This document shows positions 40,469 to 50,124 of a DNA stretch of 64,000 nucleotides, in pieces (position 1 is the first letter of the stretch; every line of letters begins with the position of its first letter). The notes beneath the pieces are model-generated. The model worked only from the letters and a program-made list of their open reading frames with translations. It did not search any database and was not told the origin of the DNA. The position numbers were made by a program, and so were the translations under genes. The stretch spans positions 1,057,729 to 1,121,728 of the forward strand of contig JAYPPX010000001.1 of NCBI GenBank assembly GCA_038131735.1. The letters run 5' to 3'. The DNA comes from Hyphomicrobiales bacterium (GTDB lineage: Bacteria; Pseudomonadota; Alphaproteobacteria; Rhizobiales; TMED25).

Positions 40469-41437
40469 TCATTTACCATCTTTTTTCAATCTATCTTTTA
40501 TTTCAACAATCGATTTCTGTGATATAACTCTTCCTCTTGGGGTTCTATTTATAAATCCTTTTTGAATTAAGTATGGCTCAATGACATCTTCAAGTACGTC
40601 ACGTGCTTCTCCCATCGATGCTGCGATAGACTCAATACCTGCAGGACCTCCATTATGATTTTCAATCAAACAATCCAAATATCTATAGTCCAGACTATTT
40701 AAACCAATGTTATCCACCTCTAACTCTTTCAATGAGTCCTTTGCTAAATTAATGTTAATCATATCTACTTTATTATATACCGAATAATCATGAACTCTTC
40801 TCAGTAATCTATTCGCAATTCTTGGAGTGCCTCTTGATCTTGAAGCTATTTCATTAGCAGACTCATCATCAATTATTATTCCAAGCTCACTTGAAGCATT
40901 TTTAACAACTTCACTGAGATCAGTATTATTATAAAAATCTAAAGTTACAGGGATGCCAAATCTTTCTCTTAGTGGATTTGATATTAACCCTAATCTGGTA
41001 GTTGCTCCAATTAATGTGAATGGAGCTAACTCAATTCGAACAGACTTTGCCGCAGGCCCCTCTCCAATTAAGATATCTAATACAAAATCTTCCATTGCTG
41101 CATAAAGCACCTCTTCAACGCTACTATTCAGTCTATGTATTTCATCGATGAATAAAACATCTCTCTCTTCTAAATTACTGATGATAGCCGCCAAATCTCC
41201 AGCTTTTGTTATAAGTGGTCCGGATGTAACTTTAATATTAACCCCGAGTTCATTTGCAATAATGTTTGCTAGTGTTGTTTTTCCAAGACCTGGAGGACCA
41301 GCTAGAAGAACGTGATCCAAACTTTTTTCACGCTCCTTTGCTGACTCAATGAATACTTTAAGATTTTTTCGAATAGGGTTTTGCCCAATAAACTGTTCTA
41401 AGAGACGTGGCCTATATATTCTATGATCATTCGCCAT
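40469..41437 (-). CDS. ruvB: Holliday junction branch migration ATPase RuvB
   Basis: 322 aa. [36 protein letters not shown]. Confidence 0.97.
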   Translation of the reverse strand: MANDHRIYRPRLLEQFIGQNPIRKNLKVFIESAKEREKSLDHVLLAGPPGLGKTTLANIIANELGVNIKVTSGPLITKAGDLAAIISNLEERDVLFIDEIHRLNSSVEEVLYAAMEDFVLDILIGEGPAAKSVRIELAPFTLIGATTRLGLISNPLRERFGIPVTLDFYNNTDLSEVVKNASSELGIIIDDESANEIASRSRGTPRIANRLLRRVHDYSVYNKVDMININLAKDSLKELEVDNIGLNSLDYRYLDCLIENHNGGPAGIESIAASMGEARDVLEDVIEPYLIQKGFINRTPRGRVISQKSIVEIKDRLKKDGK

Positions 41438-42015
41438 TAAACAGTTCTCCTCAGCGCCATCCTTATTAATTCTTCAATTTCTAGATCTTGATTTATTTCA
41501 ACATTTAACTGTTCAACAATATTAACAGCTTCAGTTCTTGGATAACCAAGATTTAATAAAGCGGATATAATACTATTTCTTTTTGTTGAATAATTATCTG
41601 TGCTTTGTTGGAAGCTATCTATAAATTTATCTTTTAATTCGGTGATAATTCTTTTTGCAACTTTCGCACCGACACCAGGCGCCATAGTTATTGACTTTTC
41701 ATCTGAAGAGCTAATATATTTTGCAATTTCCGCAGTTTCAAAAAAACCAATTATGGTCATTGCTAGTTTTGCTCCAACACCCTGGACAGTTTGAAGCATA
41801 TTAAAAAAAGTTCTATCTTCAATTGACGAAAAACCATATAGATAAATAGTATCATCTCTAAATATTGTCTTTATATATACAGAAATTTTTGAACCTTCGA
41901 CTAAAGTATCAATTGCTCTCTCTGGATATGAAACTTCATATCCAACACCATTGATATCAATTATCACCGAATTTTCATTAATTGTATCCACTATTCCTTC
42001 TAACTTACTTATCAT
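41437..42015 (-). CDS. ruvA: Holliday junction DNA-binding protein RuvA
   Basis: 192 aa. MISKLEG.V N terminus and HhH motifs ([21 protein letters not shown]). Its stop overlaps the ruvB start by 1 nt. Confidence 0.9.
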   Translation of the reverse strand: MISKLEGIVDTINENSVIIDINGVGYEVSYPERAIDTLVEGSKISVYIKTIFRDDTIYLYGFSSIEDRTFFNMLQTVQGVGAKLAMTIIGFFETAEIAKYISSSDEKSITMAPGVGAKVAKRIITELKDKFIDSFQQSTDNYSTKRNSIISALLNLGYPRTEAVNIVEQLNVEINQDLEIEELIRMALRRTV

Positions 42016-42509
42016 TGAGTGGCCTCTATAATTCGATTGTGATTTTGATATGCATGAGTTATTGCAATTGCAAGTGCATCAGAAACATCACTAACGCCCT
42101 CAATTTTTTTTGATAGCAATATCGAAACCATATGAGCAATCTGAGTTTTATCAGCGTGACCTCTACCAACAACACTTTTTTTAATTTGATTTGGAGCATA
42201 TTCAAAACATCTAATCTTGTATTTTGCTACAGTTAGAAGGATTGCACCCCTTGCATGCCCAAGTTTTAGACTGGACAGAGCGTTATTATTTACGAATGTT
42301 TTTTCTATAGAACACTCCTCAGGATTATACTTGGATAAAATTTCGGTTAAGTTTTGGGAAATCAATAATAGACGCTCAGCTAAATCGATATCTGTTGGAA
42401 CTTTTATTAGGCCATGATCAATGTGACTTAGTGAGTTCCCACTTAAGGATATCACACCCCACCCTGTATTTATTAGTCCTGGGTCAATTCCTAAAATTAT
42501 TTTTTGCAT
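42012..42509 (-). CDS. ruvC: crossover junction endodeoxyribonuclease RuvC
   Basis: 165 aa. ILGIDPGL..TGWGVI, the E.TFVN.N block, and DALAIAITHA. Confidence 0.92.
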   Translation of the reverse strand: MQKIILGIDPGLINTGWGVISLSGNSLSHIDHGLIKVPTDIDLAERLLLISQNLTEILSKYNPEECSIEKTFVNNNALSSLKLGHARGAILLTVAKYKIRCFEYAPNQIKKSVVGRGHADKTQIAHMVSILLSKKIEGVSDVSDALAIAITHAYQNHNRIIEATQ

Positions 42510-42522
42510 GCGTTTTATTATC

Positions 42523-43257
42523 TTAATTCAAAAACTCATCTGGTATATCAAAATTAAAATATATATCTTGAACATCTTCATTATCATCTAATGCCTCTAG
42601 AAGTCTCTCGAGTTTTGTATAAGTTTCCTGATCTATTTCTATATTATTCTCGGGCTTCCATATAATTTTCATTAACTTTGACTCTCCAAACATCGCCTCT
42701 AGGCTCTCACCAAGACTATGTAAACTTGCAGGATCACAATAGATTTCATAAGATTCTTCTGATATGTCACAATCCTCAGCGCCTTTTTCAATTGAAGCCT
42801 CTATTATTTCTTCTTCATTTGATTGAGATTTATCAAATTCAATTATTCCTACTCTACTAAATAAAAATGAGACAGAACCATTTTCTGCAAGATTTCCTCC
42901 TGATTTCGTGAATATAGCTCTCACATCTCCAGCAGTTCTATTCTTGTTGTCTGTTAGTGTCTCAACAATAAAACCCGTACCCCCAGGTCCAAAGCCTTCA
43001 TATCTAACTTCATCGAAATTTGCTCCCCCAGCATCCTGACTTTTTTTAATTGCTCTCTCAATATTATCCTTTGGCATGTTTTGAGCGCGTGCGGCTTGAA
43101 TTGCAGATCTCAATCTTGGATTCATAGCTGGGTCAGGCAAACCTAATTTGGCAGCAACTGTAATTTCTTTTCCAAGCTTTGAAAAAACCTTAGCTCTTTT
43201 CTTATCTTGAGCACCCTTCCTATATTGGATATTTTTAAATTTTGAATGTCCTGCCAT
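42523..43257 (-). CDS. YebC/PmpR-family DNA-binding transcriptional regulator
   Basis: 244 aa. MAGHSKFKNIQYRKGAQDKKRAKVFSKL N terminus and YEGFGPGG. Confidence 0.93.
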   Translation of the reverse strand: MAGHSKFKNIQYRKGAQDKKRAKVFSKLGKEITVAAKLGLPDPAMNPRLRSAIQAARAQNMPKDNIERAIKKSQDAGGANFDEVRYEGFGPGGTGFIVETLTDNKNRTAGDVRAIFTKSGGNLAENGSVSFLFSRVGIIEFDKSQSNEEEIIEASIEKGAEDCDISEESYEIYCDPASLHSLGESLEAMFGESKLMKIIWKPENNIEIDQETYTKLERLLEALDDNEDVQDIYFNFDIPDEFLN

Positions 43258-43329
43258 ATTTCTTTCCTCATCCTATAATAAGATAAAATTAGTTAATTAA
43301 AAGTTCAGTGTGAAAAATTGATAATGATT

Positions 43330-44143
43330 TTAGAATTCCGGAAGTTCTTCTCCCAATAATCCTCCTAATCTTATTGGTCTAATTTTGTTTAGTAATCCTG
43401 AATTATTAGTTTCAAATAAAATACCAGATAATGTTGCCTCACCTGAAGCAGGGATAAATCTGCCGCTTGGAATGGAGGTAATAAATTTTTCTAGTGGATT
43501 TTGTTTCTTGAACCCAAGTATAGAGTCATAATCTCCACTCATACCAACATCTGAAATATATCCTGTTCCGTTTGATAGTATCCTAGAGTCTGCGGTTGGA
43601 ACATGCGTGTGAGTTCCAACAACCATGCTTACTCTACCATCGAGATAATAGCCCATTGCTAATTTCTCTGATGTTGCCTCTGCATGAAAATCAACAAAAA
43701 TAGCATCAACACTATTTTGTAAGTTAGTTTGTGATAATATTTCGTCTATAATTTTGAATGGGTCGTCCAGTGGATTCATGAATACTCTTCCCATTAAATT
43801 AATGACAAGAATTTTTTCTCCATTTTTTGCATTAAAAACAAAGAAAGCCTTTACCAGGTGTTCCGTTTGGAAAATTAGCTGGCCTAAGAAGACAGTTATT
43901 TCTTTCTATATATACAAGTGTTTCTTTTTGATCCCATATGTGATTCCCGGTTGTGACCACATCAACCCCAGAATCTATAAGGGAATGAAGAATTTTCTCT
44001 GTTATACCAAATCCAGATGCAGAATTTTCACCATTTGCAATTACAAAGTCAAGATTGTAATTGTCTCTAAGTTTTTGAATATTTTCAATGACAACTCTTC
44101 TTCCAGACTCGCCAACTATGTCCCCAATAAATAAAGCTCTCAT
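43330..44143 (-). pseudogene. YmdB-type (TIGR00282-like) metallophosphoesterase interrupted by a 1-nt frameshift
   Basis: ORFs 44143..43832 (MRALFIGDIVG..ANGEN..TTGNHIWD) and 43794..43330 (VDFHAEATSEK..GTHTHVPTAD) are the two halves of one protein. Frame A ends in ..PGKGFLCF*, and frame B continues FVFNAKNGEKILVINLMGRVF. The shift lies in the T-rich run whose plus-strand A5 is at 43834..43838. Confidence 0.75.
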
Positions 44144-44178
44144 ACATTCTCAATCATAAATTCAATTATAGAAATACT

Positions 44179-44739
44179 TTATATTTCTTCTAAATCAATA
44201 AGAAAATCAACTTTTTGATCGAACTCCTCGATTGGCAGATCGGGTACAATTTGACTTGGATAACATATCCCTATGAATTTAGTTGAATATTCTATTCTAT
44301 ATTGTTCTATTGTCTTGTCATAATAGCCACCACCAAAACCGAGCCTATTATATTTTCTATCAAATAGTAATCCTGGAACAAGCACTATATCTGGAATTAT
44401 GTAATCCTGCCCCCTGGGTTCAAATATTGAAAATTGGTTTTTAATTAGATTACTCTCATCTAAATCCCAAGTACAAAAATCTAGTACTTTGTTCTCAGTG
44501 ATACAAGGCAGAGCGATTGTATTTTTTCTTTTTTTAAGAGAATGCAATAGAGGTAAGATATTAAATTCACTATTTATTGGAAAATAGCCAGCTACAATCT
44601 CTCCGGAAGTAATTATATTTTTGAATACATCAATTATTTTATATTCAAAAAAATGCCGCATTGAGGCATCCATATGTTGCCTAACAGATATTGCAGATTT
44701 TCTCAGCTCACTTTTTCTTTCGGATAATACTTTATGCAA
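44179..44739 (-). CDS. 5-formyltetrahydrofolate cyclo-ligase
   Basis: KSELRKSAISVRQ N-terminal block, the GFGGGYYDK signature, and PxxxxDxxxD near the C terminus. The start is uncertain: GTG at 44763 would lie inside the 6S closing helix, so TTG at 44739 is chosen here. Confidence 0.8.
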   Translation of the reverse strand: MHKVLSERKSELRKSAISVRQHMDASMRHFFEYKIIDVFKNIITSGEIVAGYFPINSEFNILPLLHSLKKRKNTIALPCITENKVLDFCTWDLDESNLIKNQFSIFEPRGQDYIIPDIVLVPGLLFDRKYNRLGFGGGYYDKTIEQYRIEYSTKFIGICYPSQIVPDLPIEEFDQKVDFLIDLEEI

Positions 44740-44747
44740 AAATTTAT

Positions 44748-44912
44748 ACCTATAACAGGCCACACGGTCGTGGATGCTGCAATCCTCGGCTCCTAATATT
44801 TAGGTGGGCACCAAATGATATGGACCACGATCCAAATCAGCGTCAGTTCCCTTTAGAATTGCTATGGCGCCAGGAATAATGATCTCACGAACCGCATAGC
44901 TACTATGAGTGT
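44748..44912 (-). ncRNA. ssrS: 6S RNA
   Basis: Lies between zapA and the 5-FTHF cyclo-ligase gene, the conserved zapA-ssrS-ygfA position. Hand fold: about 24-bp closing helix (5' ACUCAUAGUA-GCUAU-GCGG-u-UCGUG with 3' CACGA-CCGU-GUGGC-c-UGUUAUAGGU), inner helix UCCU.GGC / GCC.AGGA, an open central bubble, and apical hairpin UGAUUUGG-AUCGUGGU-CCAUAUCA. Ends are approximate. Confidence 0.7.
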
Positions 44913-44951
44913 ATCATTTATTTTTGGAGAATTCATTCTTATTTTGAACAA

Positions 44952-45305
44952 TTAAGTGAGTGATTTACTAATCTCGTTTAACTTTTGGGTCAATACTTCA
45001 ATATCGTTAATTAGAAGTTCTTCTAGATTGTGGCTATCCTCTTTATGCAAATCATTTTTCTTTTGTAATCTTTTGATGTCTTCTTGTATTTCTTCAATCT
45101 GTGTAAGAGCATCTGATAGTTTATCAGCAATCAAAAGTCCTGCCATAACATAAATTCTAGCATCGCCTATATGACCGAACCTCCCTTGTAACTGGTCAAC
45201 ATGACGAGAAAAAAAGGATGCTAATTCTTTCAGGCGTGATTCTTCACCATCTTCACAAGCTATTTGAAAAGTTCTGTTATTTATATTGACTGTGACCTTG
45301 CCCAT
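44952..45305 (-). CDS. zapA: cell division protein ZapA
   Basis: 117 aa. VTVNINNRTFQIACEDGEE..L..LA and GHIGDARIYVMAGLLIADKL followed by a coiled-coil tail, typical of alphaproteobacterial ZapA. Confidence 0.8.
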   Translation of the reverse strand: MGKVTVNINNRTFQIACEDGEESRLKELASFFSRHVDQLQGRFGHIGDARIYVMAGLLIADKLSDALTQIEEIQEDIKRLQKKNDLHKEDSHNLEELLINDIEVLTQKLNEISKSLT

Positions 45306-45335
45306 TGATTCAGTCCTGGCATTTCATCATAAAAA

Positions 45336-45668
45336 TTAGGATGCTTTATTCAGAAAATCTCTATAATTCTTGATCATTTCTGTGATTTTTTCATCAACTA
45401 ACTTATTTGCATCCTCAAGCTTCAAATTCTTACGTTTTAAATCATCAATCTTAAATAGTAAGTCAACGTTTTCATCATTTAATTTTGAAATTTTCTTATT
45501 TAGATTTTGTATTTCCTCGGAGTTTGAGTTTTCGAGAGCAAAATTTTTATTACCAAGTTTGTCAACAGCCAGATTTAAATTTTCAAGAGCTTTTGCAAGT
45601 TTCGGGCTGATATCATTGAGTTTTTTTGTCTCAACATAAGTCCCTACTTTGAAGTTTTGCTGGTTCAT
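45336..45668 (-). CDS. small coiled-coil protein upstream of zapA (DUF4164 / ZauP-like)
   Basis: 110 aa, almost entirely heptad-repeat sequence. Position and size match the ZauP partner of ZapA described in Caulobacter. The sequence itself is low-information. Confidence 0.5.
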   Translation of the reverse strand: MNQQNFKVGTYVETKKLNDISPKLAKALENLNLAVDKLGNKNFALENSNSEEIQNLNKKISKLNDENVDLLFKIDDLKRKNLKLEDANKLVDEKITEMIKNYRDFLNKAS

Positions 45669-45900
45669 CTCAATCTCATATATTTGATTACAAAGCTTTT
45701 CATTATAGAATTATGAAGGCTTCCAAATAAATATTAATATTAATGATTAGTAAATTGCAATAAAAAAAAAATAAGTTTTCTATTAAAATCAATGCCTTTC
45801 CTACTCATTTTATACAGAAAAGAGAAGTAATTATGCAAATATTGTTTGATAAAACATCTGATTGATTATAAAAAAAGATCAAGTAATCTTTGTGAGAAAA

Positions 45901-47901
45901 ATGTCAAAAAGTATAGCACATCAACAAATGGCAAATGCAATAAGGGCTCTTTCCATTGATGCAATTGAAGAGGCAAACAGTGGTCATCCCGGATTGCCTC
46001 TGGGCATGGCAGATGTAGCTACAGTCCTATTCTCAGACTATCTTAAATATGATGCAAGTGACCCACAATGGCATGATCGTGATAGGTTTGTATTATCTGG
46101 AGGACATGGATCTATGCTTCTCTATTCACTACTTTACTTGCTTGGTTATGATGATATTAGAATTGAAGATTTAAAAAAATTCAGACAGCTGGGATCTAAA
46201 ACCGCAGGCCATCCAGAATATGGACATTTAAAAGGAATTGAAACTACGACAGGTCCGCTAGGTCAGGGCGTTGCGAATGCAGTAGGTATGGCAATAACAG
46301 AAAAAATGCTATCAGCAAGATACGGTAGCAACATTGTTAATCACATGACCTATGTCATGGCAGGTGATGGCGATCTGATGGAAGGAATTTCTCAAGAGGC
46401 TATAACACTCGCAGGTCATTTAGGTTTGAATAAACTAATTATGATCTTTGATGATAACCGAATATCCATAGATGGTCCAATTTCAAAAACCGACTCAACT
46501 GATCAAACTAAAAGATTTGAGGCGTCAGGATGGGAAGTAATTGAAATAGATGGACATAATATAAATGAGATTGCCGATGCGCTTGATCGAAGCATAAAAT
46601 CTGCAAAACCATCCATGATCAAGTGCAGAACAATTATTGGCTATGGATCCCCTAACAAAGAGGGTAAATCAAGTGTCCACGGCTCCCCACTTGGAAATGA
46701 AGAGTACCTGCTTACTCGAGATAAACTTGGTATTAATTATGATAAATTTGCTGTTCCAAATGAAATACTTGAAGAATGGAGAAACATTGGATTGAAGGGA
46801 TGCAAGCAAAGAAAAGATTGGGAAGAAAGGCTCCAAAAATTACCGCCGGAAATCCTGGATAAATACAACAATCAAATCAGCGGAACCCTAAACCAAAATC
46901 TTTACAAGTCACTCATAGAGTTAAAACATGATTATCTAACCACAAAGAGCCATATTGCAACTAGAAAGGCATCTGAGATTGCTCTTCAATGCATAAATGA
47001 AAATACAGAAATTTTAGTTGGCGGCTCGGCAGATTTAACAGGATCAAATAATACAAAAACCCATAATATTAATGAAATAGTAGCAGATAATTTTAGTGGT
47101 AGATATATTCACTATGGTATCCGTGAGCATGCAATGGGCGCGATAATGAATGGTATATCTCTCCACAAAGGATTTATTCCATATGGAGGTACCTTTTTAA
47201 TATTCTCCGATTATTGTCGTCCCGCAATAAGGCTTGGAGCATTGATGGAACAGCATAATATCTATGTCCTTACTCATGACTCAATTGGACTTGGTGAAGA
47301 TGGTCCAACTCATCAACCTATAGAACATCTATCAAGCTTACGCGCAATACCAAATGTATATGTATATAGACCAGCTTCTGCTGTTGAAACAATTGAATGT
47401 TGGGAACTTATTTTAAAAAATAAGAATGGGCCAAGTCTCATTGCATTATCAAGACAAAATCTACAAGAGTTTAGAGAGATATCAGACCAGTTTAATGTAA
47501 ATAGTTGCGAAAAAGGTATTTATTTAATAAAAGCTAATTCAGATAATCCAGATTATGCACTTTTTGCAAGTGGTTCAGAAGTAGAAATAGCAATCGATGC
47601 CTATAACTCACTTACTGAATCTGGAATGAAAGCAGCAATATACTCTGTACCATGCCTCGACCTCTTTAATGATCAAGATAACAATTTCAAAAATAGTATA
47701 ATAAAAAATGCCAAACAAAATATTGTAATTGAAGCTGGTATATCGCAAGGTTGGGAAAAAATACTGGGTGATGATGGTCTATTTGTTGGAATGTCATCTT
47801 TTGGTGCAAGTGGTCCATATAAAGAACTTTATCAATATTTTGGGCTCACAAAAGATCGTATCATTGATATAATCATGAACAATAGAGAAATAAATGAGTG
47901 A
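45901..47901 (+). CDS. tkt: transketolase
   Basis: About 666 aa from the ATG at 45901 (the track start at 45862 is TTG). SGHPG, GDGDLMEGIS TPP motif, and THDSIGLGEDGPTHQP. Confidence 0.95.
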   Translation: MSKSIAHQQMANAIRALSIDAIEEANSGHPGLPLGMADVATVLFSDYLKYDASDPQWHDRDRFVLSGGHGSMLLYSLLYLLGYDDIRIEDLKKFRQLGSKTAGHPEYGHLKGIETTTGPLGQGVANAVGMAITEKMLSARYGSNIVNHMTYVMAGDGDLMEGISQEAITLAGHLGLNKLIMIFDDNRISIDGPISKTDSTDQTKRFEASGWEVIEIDGHNINEIADALDRSIKSAKPSMIKCRTIIGYGSPNKEGKSSVHGSPLGNEEYLLTRDKLGINYDKFAVPNEILEEWRNIGLKGCKQRKDWEERLQKLPPEILDKYNNQISGTLNQNLYKSLIELKHDYLTTKSHIATRKASEIALQCINENTEILVGGSADLTGSNNTKTHNINEIVADNFSGRYIHYGIREHAMGAIMNGISLHKGFIPYGGTFLIFSDYCRPAIRLGALMEQHNIYVLTHDSIGLGEDGPTHQPIEHLSSLRAIPNVYVYRPASAVETIECWELILKNKNGPSLIALSRQNLQEFREISDQFNVNSCEKGIYLIKANSDNPDYALFASGSEVEIAIDAYNSLTESGMKAAIYSVPCLDLFNDQDNNFKNSIIKNAKQNIVIEAGISQGWEKILGDDGLFVGMSSFGASGPYKELYQYFGLTKDRIIDIIMNNREINE

Positions 47902-47907
47902 TAGAAA

Positions 47908-48918
47908 ATGACAGTTAAAATAGCAATCAATGGTTTTGGTAGAATAGGCAGGAATGTACTTCGTGCTGTTATTGAAAGTCATGAAAAAGAAATTAAGGTT
48001 GTTGCCATTAATGACTCAGGACCATTAAAAACAAACGTTCACTTGTTAAAATATGACTCTGTACATGGCAGATTAAATTCTGATATCAAAATTATTAATG
48101 ATGATACCTTTGAGATTAATGGCATGAAGATAAAAAAACTCTCAAATAGAAATCCAGAAGAGCTTGAATGGGGTAAGTTGGGTGTTGATATAGTTTTGGA
48201 ATGTACAGGTAAATTCAATAATAAAGCAGATGCTATGAAACACATACAATCTGGTGCAAAAAAAGTTTTAATTTCAGCTCCAGCAAAGAATGCTGACATA
48301 ACATCAGTTTATGGTGTGAATCAAAATCAAATTAATAAAGATCATATAATTATATCCAACGCCTCATGCACTACAAACGCTTTGGCACCATTAGCAGCTG
48401 TACTTCATAAAACAATTGGAATTGATTCAGCATTCATGACCACAATTCATGCATATACCGGTGATCAACCTACATTGGATCGGAATCATAAAGACCTCTA
48501 CAGAGCAAGATCTGCAGCACAATCAATTATCCCTACAACGACTGGTGCAGCTAAAGCTGTTGGAGAGGTTATACCCGATTTAAATGGAAAAATTGATGGT
48601 GTGGCAATGCGCGTTCCAACGCCAAATGTCTCAGTTATTGATCTCAATTTTGTTGCTTCCCGCGATACAACAATTGAAGAAATCAATAATATGTTTTCTT
48701 ACGCCTCTGAAAATGACTTTAAGAAAATTATCCGTGTAACCAGCGAACAAGTTGTTTCAATTGATATTAATCATGATGAACATTCAGCTATTCTAGCCCT
48801 AGATCAAACAAAACTTATAAACAAAAGATTTGGCAGGATAATGGCGTGGTATGATAACGAATGGGGCTTTTCTCATAGAATGTGTGATATGGCAATACAT
48901 ATTGGCAACTTATCTTAA
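47908..48918 (+). CDS. gap: glyceraldehyde-3-phosphate dehydrogenase
   Basis: 336 aa. INGFGRIGR, catalytic SNASCTTN, and WYDNEWG. Confidence 0.97.
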   Translation: MTVKIAINGFGRIGRNVLRAVIESHEKEIKVVAINDSGPLKTNVHLLKYDSVHGRLNSDIKIINDDTFEINGMKIKKLSNRNPEELEWGKLGVDIVLECTGKFNNKADAMKHIQSGAKKVLISAPAKNADITSVYGVNQNQINKDHIIISNASCTTNALAPLAAVLHKTIGIDSAFMTTIHAYTGDQPTLDRNHKDLYRARSAAQSIIPTTTGAAKAVGEVIPDLNGKIDGVAMRVPTPNVSVIDLNFVASRDTTIEEINNMFSYASENDFKKIIRVTSEQVVSIDINHDEHSAILALDQTKLINKRFGRIMAWYDNEWGFSHRMCDMAIHIGNLS

Positions 48919-48932
48919 TTCTGGAATTATTT

Positions 48933-50123
48933 ATGGAACCAGTAAAAAGCTTTTACAATGAAAATCTTAAAAATAAAATAGCATTACTGAGGACTGACTA
49001 TAACGTTCCAACCAGTGGGAAAGCTATTCTTGATACGACAAGGATTGATGAGTCTATCCCAACAATAAAAGCACTGCTTGAAAAAGAAGCGAAGATTGTA
49101 ATTCTTACACACAGAGGAAGACCGAAGGGTAAAATTGATATTTCTTTATCTATGGAACCAGTAGCACGCGAACTTGAGAAGAAAATCATGGCACCTGTCA
49201 GGTTGATAAATAACCTTGATGCAGATGTTCACAGCTATGATGAAAAAATATTCTTGTTTGAGAATTTAAGATTTTTTCCAAACGAAGAAGCAAATGATCA
49301 AGATTTTGCTCATAAATTATCTAAACTTGGTGATGTTTATATAAATGACGCATTTGCTGCATCGCATAGGGCTCACGCATCACTTAGCGGTATTCCAAAA
49401 TTTATTCCAAGTTACTTTGGTATATGTATGACAAAAGAAATAGAAGCTTTAAAGTCAATTTTTGAAAATCCAAACCGCCCTGTGATGGCAGTTATTGGTG
49501 GTTCAAAGGTATCTACAAAAATACAATTATTAAAAAATCTAATTTTGAAAGTTGACTCAATAATCATTGGTGGTGCAATGGCAAACACATTTCTCAAAGT
49601 GAGAGGGATTTCAATTGGCGCATCATTGTATGAGGAGTCATGCTTACAAATAGCAAATGAAATTTTAAATTTGGCCAAGCAAAATAATGTTAACTTGATA
49701 TTCCCAACAGATGCAAAAGTTTCTAAAACCCTTCAAGATGATCCAAATGCAATAAATAAAAATTTAGATCAAATTGATCAAGATGATATGATTCTTGACC
49801 TTGGTATTGAATCATCTAAAATTATAGGTGATTTATTGGCTGACGCAAAGACAGTAATTTGGAATGGTCCTCTTGGTGCAATTGAGTTCAAACCATTTGA
49901 AGAGGCAACTGTATACGTTGCAAAAAAATTGGCTAAATTATGTTTAGAAAATAATACGTCTGTGGTTGTTGGCGGTGGTGATACAATATATGGAATTAAT
50001 ATTGCTGACACATATAATTCCTACACTCATGTTTCAACAGGCGGTGGTGCTTTTCTTGAATGGTTAGAAGGAAAAGAATTACCTGGTGTTCGCGCAGTAA
50101 TTGATAATAAAGAAGGAGGCTGA
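48933..50123 (+). CDS. pgk: phosphoglycerate kinase
   Basis: 396 aa. RTDYNVP, the H.GRPKG block, NLRF, and GGGDT near the C terminus. Confidence 0.95.
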   Translation: MEPVKSFYNENLKNKIALLRTDYNVPTSGKAILDTTRIDESIPTIKALLEKEAKIVILTHRGRPKGKIDISLSMEPVARELEKKIMAPVRLINNLDADVHSYDEKIFLFENLRFFPNEEANDQDFAHKLSKLGDVYINDAFAASHRAHASLSGIPKFIPSYFGICMTKEIEALKSIFENPNRPVMAVIGGSKVSTKIQLLKNLILKVDSIIIGGAMANTFLKVRGISIGASLYEESCLQIANEILNLAKQNNVNLIFPTDAKVSKTLQDDPNAINKNLDQIDQDDMILDLGIESSKIIGDLLADAKTVIWNGPLGAIEFKPFEEATVYVAKKLAKLCLENNTSVVVGGGDTIYGINIADTYNSYTHVSTGGGAFLEWLEGKELPGVRAVIDNKEGG

Positions 50124-50124
50124 T

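Noticed and set aside
43795-43850. Programmed ribosomal frameshift as the explanation for the split YmdB-type gene
   Set aside because: I saw no recognisable slippery heptamer plus downstream stimulatory structure. A simple homopolymer indel, whether an error or a mutation, is the more economical explanation. The issue is left open in the finding.
43754-44134. 126-aa plus-strand ORF
   Set aside because: It is antisense to the YmdB-type phosphoesterase halves, whose conserved motifs clearly define the minus strand as coding.
44740-44763. GTG start at 44763 for the 5-formyl-THF cyclo-ligase, and other longest-ORF starts in the track (TTG/GTG at 7383, 12316, 14841, 18607, 20242, 38369, 45862; upstream extension at 50101)
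   Set aside because: These extensions overlap upstream genes or the 6S helix and add non-conserved residues. A nearby ATG (or TTG at 44739) with better spacing restores the family-typical N termini.
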